Shown here piece after piece: positions 18,529 to 28,915 of a stretch of DNA of 64,000 bases (positions within the stretch are counted from its first letter, which is position 1; every line of letters begins with the position of its first letter). The stretch covers positions 448,001 to 512,000 of the forward strand of contig JBCCHT010000002.1 in the NCBI GenBank assembly GCA_039028615.1. The letters run 5' to 3'. Position numbers and translations under genes: made by a program. The DNA comes from Myxococcota bacterium (lineage in GTDB: Bacteria > Myxococcota_A > Polyangia > Nannocystales > Nannocystaceae). Under the pieces are notes generated by a model. It saw nothing but the letters and a program-made list of their open reading frames with translations, was not told the DNA's origin and did not search any database.

Positions 18529-19878
18529 ATGCGAATCGAGAGGTTCTCGGCCGCATCCGGCCTCGCGCTGCTCTGCGCTCTAACGGCCGCATGCGGCTCG
18601 CAAGCCACACCCCTCGGCGGCGCAGGCTCGTCGAGTGACGGCTCGATGTCGACGCCCCACGGTCACACCACGACGGGACCGAGCCCCTCTCCCACCCGCG
18701 GCGACTCGACCTCCGAGGACCCAGACTCGACCTCTGCAGCCGATGACGGGGGCAACCCGCTCGATTGCCTCGACGTCGACCCCGAAGCGTTGCTCGACTA
18801 CGCGAATCAGCCCGTCCCCGACTACATCGTGCACGACAACACGGGAGACAACCCGATCACCGACCAGGGCGCGACGCTGGGGCGGGTGCTCTTCTACGAC
18901 GTGGCGCTCTCGGTCGACGACAGCATCTCCTGCGCGAGCTGCCACCAGCAGCAATACGCCTTCTCGGACCTCCCGGAGCAGAGCGAGGGGGTCGCAGGGC
19001 TGACCCATCGCCACTCCATGCGGCTGGTCAACATCCGCTTCGGCGAGGACCCCACCGTTCGTTGGGACGAGTCCGCGACGACCCTCGAGCCCCAGACGAC
19101 CCGCCCGATCAAAGACGCGACGGAGATGGGCTACTCGGGAACCGACGGCAGCCCGGGCATGAACGACCTCATCGCCAAGATGGAGGGCCTTCCCTACTAT
19201 CCAGCGCTGTTTACCCTGGCCTTCGGCGACGCCGCCATCACCGAGGAGCGTATGCAGCTGGCACTGGCCCAGTTCGTCCGCAGCATTCAGTCCTTCGACT
19301 CTCGCTACGACGAAGGGCGCTCCCAGGTCGACGACGACCTCACCGATTTCCCCAACTTCTCCCTGGTCGAGAACGCGGGCAAGCGGCTATTCATCGAGGA
19401 CTTCACCCACGAGCCCGACCAGATCACCATCGAGGGCGAAGGCACCTTCGACGCGTCACGGCGGACCAGCGGCGGGCTCAACTGCGGCAGCTGTCACCGA
19501 CCACCCGAGTTCGACATCGACCCCGAATCGCTGAACAACGGTTTTCTGCTCAACCTCGACGATCCGCTCGCCCAGGACTTTTCCGTCACGCGCTCGCCGA
19601 GCCTACACGACATGATGAACCCGGACGCCGTGTTCAACGGGGGCATGTTCCACACCGGGCGAGCCAACGAGATGGCTGGCCTGTCCGGGCACTACAACTT
19701 CCGCCCCTTCGATCCGGGCAATACCAACCTCGACGACCGCATGCTCCCCGGAGGCCTGCCGCAGTGGCTGAACATCAGCCCGACCGAGCAAGTCCAGCTC
19801 GCCGCGTTCCTCGAGACGCTCACGGGCACCGCCGTGTACACCGACCCGCGCTGGTCCGACCCCTTCGTCTGCCGCTAG
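18529..19878 (+). CDS. Second di-heme cytochrome c peroxidase / MauG family lipoprotein (start may lie upstream, to 18475)
   Basis: Lipobox TAAC, Ser/Thr linker, LGRVLFYD, CASCH, CGSCH, RSPSLHD, AFLETLTG. Confidence 0.82.
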   Translation: MRIERFSAASGLALLCALTAACGSQATPLGGAGSSSDGSMSTPHGHTTTGPSPSPTRGDSTSEDPDSTSAADDGGNPLDCLDVDPEALLDYANQPVPDYIVHDNTGDNPITDQGATLGRVLFYDVALSVDDSISCASCHQQQYAFSDLPEQSEGVAGLTHRHSMRLVNIRFGEDPTVRWDESATTLEPQTTRPIKDATEMGYSGTDGSPGMNDLIAKMEGLPYYPALFTLAFGDAAITEERMQLALAQFVRSIQSFDSRYDEGRSQVDDDLTDFPNFSLVENAGKRLFIEDFTHEPDQITIEGEGTFDASRRTSGGLNCGSCHRPPEFDIDPESLNNGFLLNLDDPLAQDFSVTRSPSLHDMMNPDAVFNGGMFHTGRANEMAGLSGHYNFRPFDPGNTNLDDRMLPGGLPQWLNISPTEQVQLAAFLETLTGTAVYTDPRWSDPFVCR

Positions 19879-20321
19879 CGCCTCGCGGTTGCTGCGGCGA
19901 GGCGTTCGTCGGATACGGGTCGCTCGCTCAGTAAGAACAGCGGTCCCGGGTCCTGCGTCTTGTACAGCGCGTAACGGACCGAAGGCGCGACGAGGACCGT
20001 GCCCCAGTTGTTTCCCACCAGCGTCTCGACGGCGCGCTCGATCCGTAGGCTCTGCCCGTCCATCGGGGTGCCGTCGGCGATGACGTGCATCGTCTCGCCG
20101 AAGTCCAGCTCCGCGGCCAACGCGAGCAACGACGACGGGTTCTTCCACTCGGAGCCCAGCTCCCGGCCGCGGTCTCCATGCGTCTGAAACGAGTGGTTGA
20201 GCTGCTCCAGAAACTCTGACCGGTGCTTTCGCCCTCGGAGCAGCGACAGGTGCCGCTCCGCCTCTTCGGGTTGCGCGAAGGTGCGGATGAATGCCGCTTC
20301 AGTGGGGTCGACCTCGGCCAT
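19875..20321 (-). CDS. Hypothetical protein coupled to the DNA ligase
   Basis: Start 3 nt after ligase stop, with AAGGAGG SD. Confidence 0.65.
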   Translation of the reverse strand: MAEVDPTEAAFIRTFAQPEEAERHLSLLRGRKHRSEFLEQLNHSFQTHGDRGRELGSEWKNPSSLLALAAELDFGETMHVIADGTPMDGQSLRIERAVETLVGNNWGTVLVAPSVRYALYKTQDPGPLFLLSERPVSDERLAAATARR

Positions 20322-20324
20322 GGT

Positions 20325-21626
20325 TCACCCCTCCTTGGCCGCCTCGACCATCGCGCCCCAGTCCACGTCCGCTCGCACGCCGACGTAGGTTGGAAACCGC
20401 GGGACCCCAGCGTCCGTGAGTTCCTGGTACTTGACCGTGATCACCTCCCCGACGGCCGGCGGCGCCTCTCGTTCCGCATCGCTCAACCCGGTGCCCACCT
20501 TGAACCGCGTGCCGTCCGGGAGCTCCAGGTGAAGCGCTCCGACTCGGCCCTCGTGGCGGCCGGCACCGTCTTGATAGCCCACGATGATCGCCTCGGTATC
20601 GAAGAAGGTCTTCACCTTCAGCAAGGTCTCCGATCGACCTACTTCGTAGCGAGATCTGGGGCGGCGCAGCATCAGCCCCTCACCCCCGAGCTCTTCGATC
20701 CGCGACAGCTCCGCATGCAGCTGCTCGAGCCCGGTGCACGGGCGATGCTCGAGCACCTGCACCTGGTCGTGCGGATGCGCTTCGAAGTGCCGCTCGAGAT
20801 GCGCGAGCCGGTCCTCGAAGCCCCCGTCCACCCCCGGAGCATCGAAGATCACGAACTTCAGGGATCGCCACGCTTCCCCGGCATCGACCCGTCGCGCGAT
20901 CGAGACCGAACGCTGGAAGGCTCCCCGCCCCGCGAACAGCTCGCCGTCGAGCGGGAAGTCGGGCAGCCCCTCGCGGAACCACTCCGGCGCCAGGTAGGCA
21001 TTGCCCAGGCGCGACACGAAGCGCGCCCCGTCCCAGTAGGCCCGGACCCCATCGAGCTTCTCGCTCATCCACCACCCGGTGGGGTCTTGCTCTTCCCAAC
21101 GGTGGGCCAGCAGCAGCGGCGGCGCATCGGCCTTGGCTCCCGAAGGACGACGAGGCGCTCGCAGGGGCGAGGAACCGAGGCGCGCTTGCTCGGCCGCATC
21201 GCCCCTGAACCGACGCAGGTGCTTGCACGTCCTCCGCTCGATCGGCTCCGACTGGTTGCGCCACGCCGGGCAACTGCACGAGTACACGCCTCCGACGTTG
21301 CGCAAGGTATAGGACCGCGAACCCGAGCCGGGCACGCGGGTCTCTGCGCCATCGGGGAGGTCACCGCTCGTCACGGCGGAGATGGCGTCTCCATCTGCGG
21401 TGCCCGACGCGGCCGCGGCCGTGCCCTCTTCCACGTACCCCTTGCCGACCTTGCCCCGAACCTGCTTGTCGACCTCCGAGATCGCCTTCGCTTCCGTCCC
21501 CAGGTCCTTGGTCTTGCTCTGTCCGTCGGTGCCCACTCGCCCCCAGCGCGTGGTCACCTCGGCGCCCCTTCGATCGATCTCCCAGAACTTGTTGGACTTG
21601 GCGTCTCGGTACTCGAAGCGGCGCAC
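20325..21626 (-). CDS. ATP-dependent DNA ligase with N-terminal WGR and SWIM domains
   Basis: GTG start; SNKFWEI...RWGRVG (WGR); CSCPAW...CKH (SWIM); SEKLDGVRAYW, LDGELF, EGLMLR, LLKVK; OB fold FKVGTG...PRFP. Confidence 0.9.
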   Translation of the reverse strand: MRRFEYRDAKSNKFWEIDRRGAEVTTRWGRVGTDGQSKTKDLGTEAKAISEVDKQVRGKVGKGYVEEGTAAAASGTADGDAISAVTSGDLPDGAETRVPGSGSRSYTLRNVGGVYSCSCPAWRNQSEPIERRTCKHLRRFRGDAAEQARLGSSPLRAPRRPSGAKADAPPLLLAHRWEEQDPTGWWMSEKLDGVRAYWDGARFVSRLGNAYLAPEWFREGLPDFPLDGELFAGRGAFQRSVSIARRVDAGEAWRSLKFVIFDAPGVDGGFEDRLAHLERHFEAHPHDQVQVLEHRPCTGLEQLHAELSRIEELGGEGLMLRRPRSRYEVGRSETLLKVKTFFDTEAIIVGYQDGAGRHEGRVGALHLELPDGTRFKVGTGLSDAEREAPPAVGEVITVKYQELTDAGVPRFPTYVGVRADVDWGAMVEAAKEG

Positions 21627-21839
21627 AGGGCCACGAGCATGCTCGCGATCGGGACGTGGTTGCAACCATGACCACGTACCTCGACAGACACCGCCCGACT
21701 CCAACACCGAACAACCCCACCCACGGACGGACGGCCCAACGACGTTCTCTTTTTGCCCAGGGAATCCCGCGTGGTGAATGCCCCCACCCGACCACCGGTG
21801 GCCTCCTTCCGGGCTTGACCGGAGTCGACTGCGGTTCGG

Positions 21840-24725
21840 ATGCTTGTCCGGCTGATGTCGGGTTCGGATCTGGCGGCGACGGTCCAAGGAGACACCCTCC
21901 TGAGCTCTCCCGCCGCGCCCAAGGAAGAGGACGGCGTACTCCCGCATCGCGTCGGTCGCTACGTGGTGCTCAGCCGCCTCGGCGCAGGCGCGATGGGAGT
22001 GGTGCTGGCCGCCTACGACGAACAGCTCGATCGCAAGGTCGCGGTGAAGCTCGTGCAGCCGTCCCTCGCTCGGGATGCGGAGCTGATGGAGCGGATGCGC
22101 CGAGAGGGCCGAGCCCTCGCGCAGGTGAGCCACCCCAACATCGTCAACGTCTACGAGGTCGGGTTCGAGCGCTCGTTGTTCCTGGCCATGGAGTTCGTGG
22201 ACGGGCAGACCTTGGAGCGCTGGGCCGGGCCCGATCGGAGCTGGCGCGAGGTCCTGGCGGTGCATCTCCAAGCCGCGCGGGGGCTGGCGGCCGCCCACGA
22301 TGCCGGGCTGGTGCACCGCGACTACAAACCCGCCAACGTGATGATCGGCCAGGACGGTCGCGTCCGCGTGCTGGACTTCGGCCTCGCCCGAGAGTCCGAC
22401 ACGCTGCCCGTGACCAGGGAGTCGACCCGGGTCTCGCTGAGTTCATCGGGGCCGAAGCTCACCTCGTTCGAGGCCGTGTTGGGCACGCCGCGATACATGT
22501 CGCCCGAGCAGTTCTTGGGTCAGCCGGCGACCGCGGCCAGCGACCAGTTCAGCTTCTGCGTCTCGCTCTACGAGGGGCTGGTGGGCGAGTCCCCCTTCGG
22601 CGGCTCCACGATGGCCGAGATCGCGATGCTCGTGACCGGAGGCGAGATGAAGCCCCTGCCGCCGTCGGCCGACGTGCCCGCCGGGGTGCTGCGAGCGTTG
22701 CGAAGGGGCCTGGACCGCGACCCCGCCCAGCGTTGGCCGAGCATGGACGCGCTGATCGAGGCGGTGGAACCTCGCCTGCGCACGCGGCAGCGCTGGTGGG
22801 GTGTGGCGCTGGCCCTCGGCGTCGCGACCGGCATCGGCGTACTCGGCTATCTCGGCCAGCAGGGGCCCGCGCCGGTATGCCAAGGCGCCGACGAGGCGCT
22901 CGCCCGAGGATGGGACTCGTCCGTGCGCGATCGGGTCCGGGCCGGGCTGCTCGCCACACAGGTCCCCTACGCCCAGGACACCGCCGACACCGTGACCGCC
23001 CGGCTCGACGCCTACGCGAGTGAGTGGCGAGCCGCCCACCAAGATGCCTGCGAAGACACTGCCGTACGGCACCAGCAGTCGGAGTCGTTGCTCGATCTGC
23101 GCATGGCCTGCCTCGACGGGCGCCTCGACTCGCTGCGAACCTTCACCGAGTCCCTCGAGACGGCTGATGCCACCACCGTGGAGCACGCCGTGCGCTCCGT
23201 CGACGACCTGCCCCCGCTGGGGCCCTGTGCCGATGCTGAAGCGCTGCGTGCCCAGGTTCCACCGCCCGAGGATCCAGCGGCCGCCGAGGAAGTGGCCGCG
23301 CTGCGCAAGGAGTTCACGCGCATCGGGTTGGCCCGCAGCTTGGGGCACGATTCCGAGGCGACCGAGCGGCTACGGGGGCTGCACGAGCGAGTGAACACCG
23401 TCGACTATGCCCCATTGAAGCTCGAGTACAGCCTCGCCCAAGGCCGCAGCGACTCGGCCCTCGAGCGCTTCGAGCCCGCCCGCGAGGCCCTGCAAGACGC
23501 CTACTACGGTGCCGTGTCCCTGGGGCACGAGCAGGTCGCGGCCGAGGCCTCCGTGGCTCTGGTGACCGTGGTGGGCTACGGGCTCGGCGAACCCGATCGC
23601 GGCTTGGAGTGGGCGCGGCTAGCCGAGGCGCAGCAGGACCGAACGGGGGGCAGTCGCCGGGCCATGCTCTACGATGGCATCGCGCTGCTGCTGGTCAACA
23701 AAGGCAAGTACGACGACGCGGAGTCCTACGCCGAGCGCGGCCTGGAGCACGCGCGAGCTCATACCGGCGAGGGTCGCTCGCGGCTCGTGGTCGAAGCGAT
23801 GATCACCCTGGCCAACATCGCGTTGAACCGCGGTGACCTCCCCAGCGCCCACCGGGCCTACGCCCAGGCGCTCGAGGAGAGCACCGCCGTGCTCGGGGCC
23901 GACCATCCCCACTCGGCCGAGGTACTGGGCATGATCGCCACCGCCTATCTGTACGAGGGCAACTACGGCGAGGCCCAGGAGCTGCTGGAGCGTTCGCTGG
24001 GCATCCAGCAGCGAGCCTACGGCTACATGACCGAGAACGAGGCGGCGTTGTACATGGACCTCGGCACCACCGCCGCCATGCAGGGCGACCTGACCCGCGC
24101 CCAAGACCAGTTCGTCAAGGGGCTCGCCGGTCTCACCGAGGTCCTCGGCCCCGAACACCCCCGACGAGTCGCGGCGGCGATCAACCTCGCCTCCGTCTAC
24201 CTGGCGCGGGGCGACCACGAGACGGCCGCGCCCCTGCTGGAGCAGGCCTACGCGATCAACGTCGCGCGAAGCGGCGAGCAGGCCCCTGTGCTCATCGAAA
24301 TCCTGCACAATATGGCGTTGGTGGACAACGCCCGCGGCGACCACGACCAGGCACTCGAGAAGGCCTCCCGGACCATTGCCTTGCGGCAGACCCTCTCCAC
24401 CCGCGAGCACCCCGACACCATCATGGCCATGGCCGCCCAGGTCGAAGCACACCTAGGGCTCGACCAGCTCGAGCAAGCCCGTGCCGTCGCCGAAGAAGGA
24501 CTGGTGCTCAACGATGCCCTGGGGACCGAGGTCGATCCCATCTTCCGCGCCGAACTCGAGCTCCTGCTCGCGATGGCCTTGGACCGCCAGGGCGTCGAGC
24601 GCCCACGCGCGCTGACGCTCGCCCAGGCGGCCCGCGAAGTCCTGGCAACCCGCGGTGATCTCGTGGGCGACTCCGTAGACCACGCCGACGAGCTCATCGA
24701 GCGACTGTCGGCGATGCCACGCTGA
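21840..24725 (+). CDS. Hanks-type Ser/Thr kinase with TM helix and TPR-rich C-terminus
   Basis: LGAGAMG, VAVK, HRDYKPAN, DFG, GTPRYMSPEQ; TM near aa 320-340; LGADHP/LGPEHP TPR repeats. Confidence 0.92.
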   Translation: MLVRLMSGSDLAATVQGDTLLSSPAAPKEEDGVLPHRVGRYVVLSRLGAGAMGVVLAAYDEQLDRKVAVKLVQPSLARDAELMERMRREGRALAQVSHPNIVNVYEVGFERSLFLAMEFVDGQTLERWAGPDRSWREVLAVHLQAARGLAAAHDAGLVHRDYKPANVMIGQDGRVRVLDFGLARESDTLPVTRESTRVSLSSSGPKLTSFEAVLGTPRYMSPEQFLGQPATAASDQFSFCVSLYEGLVGESPFGGSTMAEIAMLVTGGEMKPLPPSADVPAGVLRALRRGLDRDPAQRWPSMDALIEAVEPRLRTRQRWWGVALALGVATGIGVLGYLGQQGPAPVCQGADEALARGWDSSVRDRVRAGLLATQVPYAQDTADTVTARLDAYASEWRAAHQDACEDTAVRHQQSESLLDLRMACLDGRLDSLRTFTESLETADATTVEHAVRSVDDLPPLGPCADAEALRAQVPPPEDPAAAEEVAALRKEFTRIGLARSLGHDSEATERLRGLHERVNTVDYAPLKLEYSLAQGRSDSALERFEPAREALQDAYYGAVSLGHEQVAAEASVALVTVVGYGLGEPDRGLEWARLAEAQQDRTGGSRRAMLYDGIALLLVNKGKYDDAESYAERGLEHARAHTGEGRSRLVVEAMITLANIALNRGDLPSAHRAYAQALEESTAVLGADHPHSAEVLGMIATAYLYEGNYGEAQELLERSLGIQQRAYGYMTENEAALYMDLGTTAAMQGDLTRAQDQFVKGLAGLTEVLGPEHPRRVAAAINLASVYLARGDHETAAPLLEQAYAINVARSGEQAPVLIEILHNMALVDNARGDHDQALEKASRTIALRQTLSTREHPDTIMAMAAQVEAHLGLDQLEQARAVAEEGLVLNDALGTEVDPIFRAELELLLAMALDRQGVERPRALTLAQAAREVLATRGDLVGDSVDHADELIERLSAMPR

Positions 24726-24728
24726 GGT

Positions 24729-25706
24729 TCAGGAGGCGCCCGGGACCAGGTGGATCTGGTTTTCGTGGTCCAGAGCGATCACCTGGTCACCACAACGACG
24801 AACCTGAACGATGGCGCCCGCCCCCGGAATCTCAATCGCCTCGATCGAACCGTCGGCGAGGTCGACCCGGGCCACCGCCCCCACCGAGCCCACCAGCGCG
24901 TGTTGGCCGTCGACCACTACCGCGCGCTCCGTGTTCTCGAACAGATGCGAGAAGTCGTCCTCGTCGCCGTCGAGTTCGGTCGCGGTGGGGACCTCGACCA
25001 CGAAGTCCGCCGTGCCCGTCGCAATCGAGTACAGGCCGACCTGGCCGCCGAAGTCCCAGTTCTGTGTGCTCCAGACCAGCAGCCGTTCGTCGGGCAGGAA
25101 CGCCACACAGCCCGACTCGAAGTCCGTGACGATCTGGCGCTCGGCCAGCTCCGCCAGCAACGTGGCCTTGCCCTCGGCGAGCGCGTAGACGTTGGCCGAG
25201 CAGCCGCCTTGATCGTACAGCACCATCGCCACCCGCGACTCGGCCTCATCGAAGATCGGCGAGCTCATCCCCGCGTTGATCTCCATCTCCCCCTGGATCG
25301 AGCGATCGGAGCGCCTCAGCACGCGGGCGCCCGCGAGGGGATCGTCGTCCGACGGAAAGTAGCGATCCGCGATGAGCAGCTCGGTACTCGGGCTCACCCC
25401 CAGCGCCATTAGCCCGAAACGAGCATGCTCGATCGTCTGTTTTTCCTCCGCCTCCAGACCGCCCCAGCTCCACCGCTCCACGAACGCCGGACTCCCGAAC
25501 TCGCGGACCGGCATCGACGCGACGAACCAGTCCTCGCCGCGAGCCTGCGGGTACCTCAACAGCCGATCGATGCACAGCTCGGCCAGGTCGCGCCACTGAG
25601 ACTCCACCAGAGCCCGATGACGGACCTTCGTCGTCTTGTCGTCGAAGTCGTAGCTGAAGTGCAGAATCTCGGGCCGCGTAGGGTGCGTGATGACGTGCGG
25701 GATCAT
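24729..25706 (-). CDS. Hypothetical protein, possibly beta-propeller
   Basis: Protein-like from MIPHVIT; repeated short beta-strand segments; upstream ORF extension looks non-coding. Confidence 0.6.
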   Translation of the reverse strand: MIPHVITHPTRPEILHFSYDFDDKTTKVRHRALVESQWRDLAELCIDRLLRYPQARGEDWFVASMPVREFGSPAFVERWSWGGLEAEEKQTIEHARFGLMALGVSPSTELLIADRYFPSDDDPLAGARVLRRSDRSIQGEMEINAGMSSPIFDEAESRVAMVLYDQGGCSANVYALAEGKATLLAELAERQIVTDFESGCVAFLPDERLLVWSTQNWDFGGQVGLYSIATGTADFVVEVPTATELDGDEDDFSHLFENTERAVVVDGQHALVGSVGAVARVDLADGSIEAIEIPGAGAIVQVRRCGDQVIALDHENQIHLVPGAS

Positions 25707-26244
25707 GGCTCGTAGCGGTAGAGTGCCTGCCCGCGGGGTTGTGACACCCAATGTCGGACCTTTTTGAGGTTGGGCAGGGTCGTCGCGCGGGCGTGATGCG
25801 CTCGACGGTCTACTGTGTCTCGCGCTGGGGCACACGGCGGCGAAGCGAGCGGACCCAGCTGTCGAAGCCCTTGTCGAGCGCAGCCCGCTGCTCCGAGGTT
25901 CGGTGTTCGAACACCCGACCCAGGCCTCGACCGCCGTGAGGCGCATCCAGCGACTCGCCCGGGACCTCATTTGGGCCCGTTCTGCGGATGAAATCGCCGA
26001 AAGGCGAGAAAAATTGGCCGAGGCTGAGCGGATTCCTCCGGCAACGGCATTCCACTCATAGAGGCTCGACGACAACGAGCGAGCCGGCCTCCTCCTCGGA
26101 GGACATCCCCCCTGTTCCCCGACCTTCGGTGGCCATTCGCCGGGCCACCGTCGATCTGTCGTTGGACGCCGATCGCGGCTCGTCCGACCGAGTGCAATGC
26201 GACACCGCATCCTCGGCGGCGGCTGACGGCCTCGGAGCACCGCC

Positions 26245-27264
26245 ATGATTTCCCATACCCAGTATCGCAGCCGCCGCACTTTCTCCGGACTCGACGGACT
26301 CCGAGCACTGTGTGTCATCGCCGTGGTGTGGCACCACGCGGGGGCGCGCACGCCCTTGCCGATCACCAGCAACGGATTCCTCGGCGTCGACGTGTTCTTC
26401 GCGCTGAGCGGCTTTCTGATCGTGACGCTGCTGCTCCGGGAACGCGATCGCCACGGGACAATCTCGCTCCGCGATTTCTACATGCGCCGCACGCTGCGGA
26501 TCTTCCCGCTCTACTACGGTGTCGTCGGTGGCCTCCTGCTCCTGCACGCGCTCGTGCCCCGCACGACCACCCAGTATGCGGTCGACTACGCCCCCTACCT
26601 GTTCACGTACACCAGCGATCTCGTCGTGGTGCCGGGCGCACTCGCGGTGGGTTGGTCGCTGGCGGCCGAGGAGCAGTTCTACCTGGTGTGGCCGACCATC
26701 GAGCGCTTCGGTGCCCGGGCGTGGTGGCTGCTGGGCGCCATCGGAATCGGCGTGAGCCAGTGCTTCAACTTCGGGCTCTTTCCCAACTACGGCCTCGAGA
26801 TCCTGCAGACCACCTTCACCCCGATCTTGCTCGGCGTGGGCCTGGCCCACGCCCTCCACGACCCGAAGACCTTCGCCCGCCTCGCTCCGTGGCTTCGCTC
26901 CCCCGTGCTTCGCGGTCTCACCGTGGTCACCGTGCTGGTGCTTGCCAACACGCCGGGCGATGTCGCTGGACTCCCGCGCCTGGCGTTCCACCTGGCCATC
27001 ACGGGCTTGGTCGCGGTGGTGGTAACCCGCAAAGACGGTGCCACCAGCGTCTTGGATGCGTGGGTGCTGCGACGCATCGGCGCCGTGAGCTACGGGATCT
27101 ACTTGCTGCACATGTTCGTGATGACCGCGGTGACCAAGGCCGTGCCGGGGCCGGCGTTCGGGACGTTCGTGATGGTCATGGTCGGCACCTGGGGCGCCGC
27201 CGAGCTGTCGTACCGGTTCTACGAGCGCCGCTTCATCAACCTGAAGCACCGCTTCGCTCGCTGA
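26245..27264 (+). CDS. Acyltransferase-3 (OafA/YrhL) membrane O-acyltransferase
   Basis: LDGLRALCVIAVVWHH, GVDVFFALSGFLI, RRTLRIFP, WSLAAEEQFY, SYGIYLLH. Confidence 0.92.
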   Translation: MISHTQYRSRRTFSGLDGLRALCVIAVVWHHAGARTPLPITSNGFLGVDVFFALSGFLIVTLLLRERDRHGTISLRDFYMRRTLRIFPLYYGVVGGLLLLHALVPRTTTQYAVDYAPYLFTYTSDLVVVPGALAVGWSLAAEEQFYLVWPTIERFGARAWWLLGAIGIGVSQCFNFGLFPNYGLEILQTTFTPILLGVGLAHALHDPKTFARLAPWLRSPVLRGLTVVTVLVLANTPGDVAGLPRLAFHLAITGLVAVVVTRKDGATSVLDAWVLRRIGAVSYGIYLLHMFVMTAVTKAVPGPAFGTFVMVMVGTWGAAELSYRFYERRFINLKHRFAR

Positions 27265-27351
27265 CCTCGACCACGAGGTCGGGTCAGCGATAGTCGAACG
27301 TACGACGCGGACCTGAGGACGTGGACGGCCGACACGGTCGCCCGCCTCGAC

Positions 27352-27879
27352 TCAGGCCCTCGAGACCCGCCCGCGGGTCTTCACCCCGGGACCGAAGCGA
27401 AGCATCGGCTGCACGACGATGGATGCCTTCGAGGCATGCCGCTCGCTCGCCGGAGGGTTCTTCGGCTGGGGATGCTCCCCGAGTGCCAACGATCGCAAGA
27501 TCCGAAGCGCATCGATGGTGGTGAAGATGCCCACGACGTCATCACCGTCGATCACGACCGCACATCCGTAGCGGTTGCGTTCCAGCACCCTGGCCACCTC
27601 CGAGACCCGAGTGGTCGGTGTACAGCAGTAGGGGCGAGCCGTCATCGCGTCGCGCACGGTGAGGTCGCAGCGCGCACGATGGTCGGTGCTCCACACTCGC
27701 CCGAGGTCGTGCGCGCTCACGATCCCCGTGAGCTGCCCGTTGCGCACGACCAGCAGGTGCCGAATCTCGTTGAAGGTCATTCGGTCTTGCGCATCGACGA
27801 TGCTCAGCTCCTCGCTTGCGGTCACCGGATCGATACTCATGAAGTCGCCGACGACGAGGGTCTCCAAGGGAACGTTCAC
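27352..27879 (-). CDS. CBS-domain pair protein
   Basis: VGDFMSIDPVT, IRHLLVV...GIVS, VRDAMTARP, VGIFTTIDAL. Confidence 0.85.
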   Translation of the reverse strand: MNVPLETLVVGDFMSIDPVTASEELSIVDAQDRMTFNEIRHLLVVRNGQLTGIVSAHDLGRVWSTDHRARCDLTVRDAMTARPYCCTPTTRVSEVARVLERNRYGCAVVIDGDDVVGIFTTIDALRILRSLALGEHPQPKNPPASERHASKASIVVQPMLRFGPGVKTRGRVSRA

Positions 27880-28757
27880 GCCGGGCTCCCCTCGGGTACG
27901 ACCGCCACGGGAACCATGCTCGCGGCCGCGAGCGCGCTCGAGACGCTCGAGTCGAAGATGCGCATGCCCAGCCCGAGCTGTCTCGAGCCAGAGACGATCA
28001 GCGGCGAGCGCATGTTCTCGCCGACTTCACACAGCCCATCGACGACGTGCCCCTCCACCACGTGGTGGGGCATGGTGTCCATCTCGTGTCGGGTCTTCCA
28101 GTTCGCGATCGCCTCTTCCCTTCGTTGCCGCATCTTCGAGTAGTGCGCCGCGGTCACGACCGCCGGAGCGAAGTCCTCGGTGATGTGCTGGAAGGTCTCG
28201 ACGACGTGGATGATGGCCAGCGGCCGACCGATCTCCGTGGCGAAGCGCCGGGCAAAGGCCGCGGCCGAAGGCATCGAGACCCCGGGGTCGACGGCGAGCA
28301 ACACGGGGCCATCCCCGACTTCCCCTGCTCCTAGATCGGGTGGCACCACGATCGTGGGCGCGGGCAGGTTTCGCAGGGTTCGACGCGCAACCCGACCCAG
28401 TCGGACCAAGCGTCGTGAATCCCGAGGAGCCAGTCGTCCCAGGATCAACCCCGCCACATTCGGCTGTCGGGCGAACTTCGCCAAGCCGCCCTCGACCGAG
28501 TTCTCGACGGCGATGCTCAGTCCCGAGATCGCGCTCTCGGCCCCCGCGTACCTCACGAGCGAGTGCGCAGCGTCCTGGGCCGCGCTCTCGACCTCACGCA
28601 GATGCGTGTCGCGGAGCACCTGACTGAGCCGCGCGCGATCCAGCACGTGGATCCCCTCGAACTCATGCTGGGACTGCGATGCGCGAAACAACCAGCCCGC
28701 AAACCCCAGCGCACCATCCCCTCGTTCTCCCAGTTCCATTCCGACGAGCCATCGCAT
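27876..28757 (-). CDS. Tandem universal stress protein
   Basis: Two USP repeats (WLVGME...LILGR...LGRVARR...PTIVVP; VLLAVD...LIVSGSR...PVAVVP); overlaps CBS start. Confidence 0.82.
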   Translation of the reverse strand: MRWLVGMELGERGDGALGFAGWLFRASQSQHEFEGIHVLDRARLSQVLRDTHLREVESAAQDAAHSLVRYAGAESAISGLSIAVENSVEGGLAKFARQPNVAGLILGRLAPRDSRRLVRLGRVARRTLRNLPAPTIVVPPDLGAGEVGDGPVLLAVDPGVSMPSAAAFARRFATEIGRPLAIIHVVETFQHITEDFAPAVVTAAHYSKMRQRREEAIANWKTRHEMDTMPHHVVEGHVVDGLCEVGENMRSPLIVSGSRQLGLGMRIFDSSVSSALAAASMVPVAVVPEGSPA

Positions 28758-28915
28758 GTGCAGCCTCCTCGACTGCAACCTGAGCCTCGATCCCCGATGA
28801 GGCACGCTCCCTTTTTGCGGGGTATTCAGGCTCCACGACGCAAGACTTGCGGGCCCGCGTCCCGACGATGCATCGCGTGCGCCCTCACGGTCCCGCCCCT
28901 CGGAGCTCCGACCGA

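Noticed and set aside
21627..22316. N-terminal extension of the ligase ORF
   Set aside because: Antisense to the kinase gene; the WGR domain begins at GTG 21626
25985..26015. CGGATGA...hairpin...GAAA resembling a hammerhead ribozyme or c-di-GMP-I riboswitch
   Set aside because: Core is CGGAUGA rather than CUGANGA, stems I and III are not evident, and the GACGCAAA element is missing
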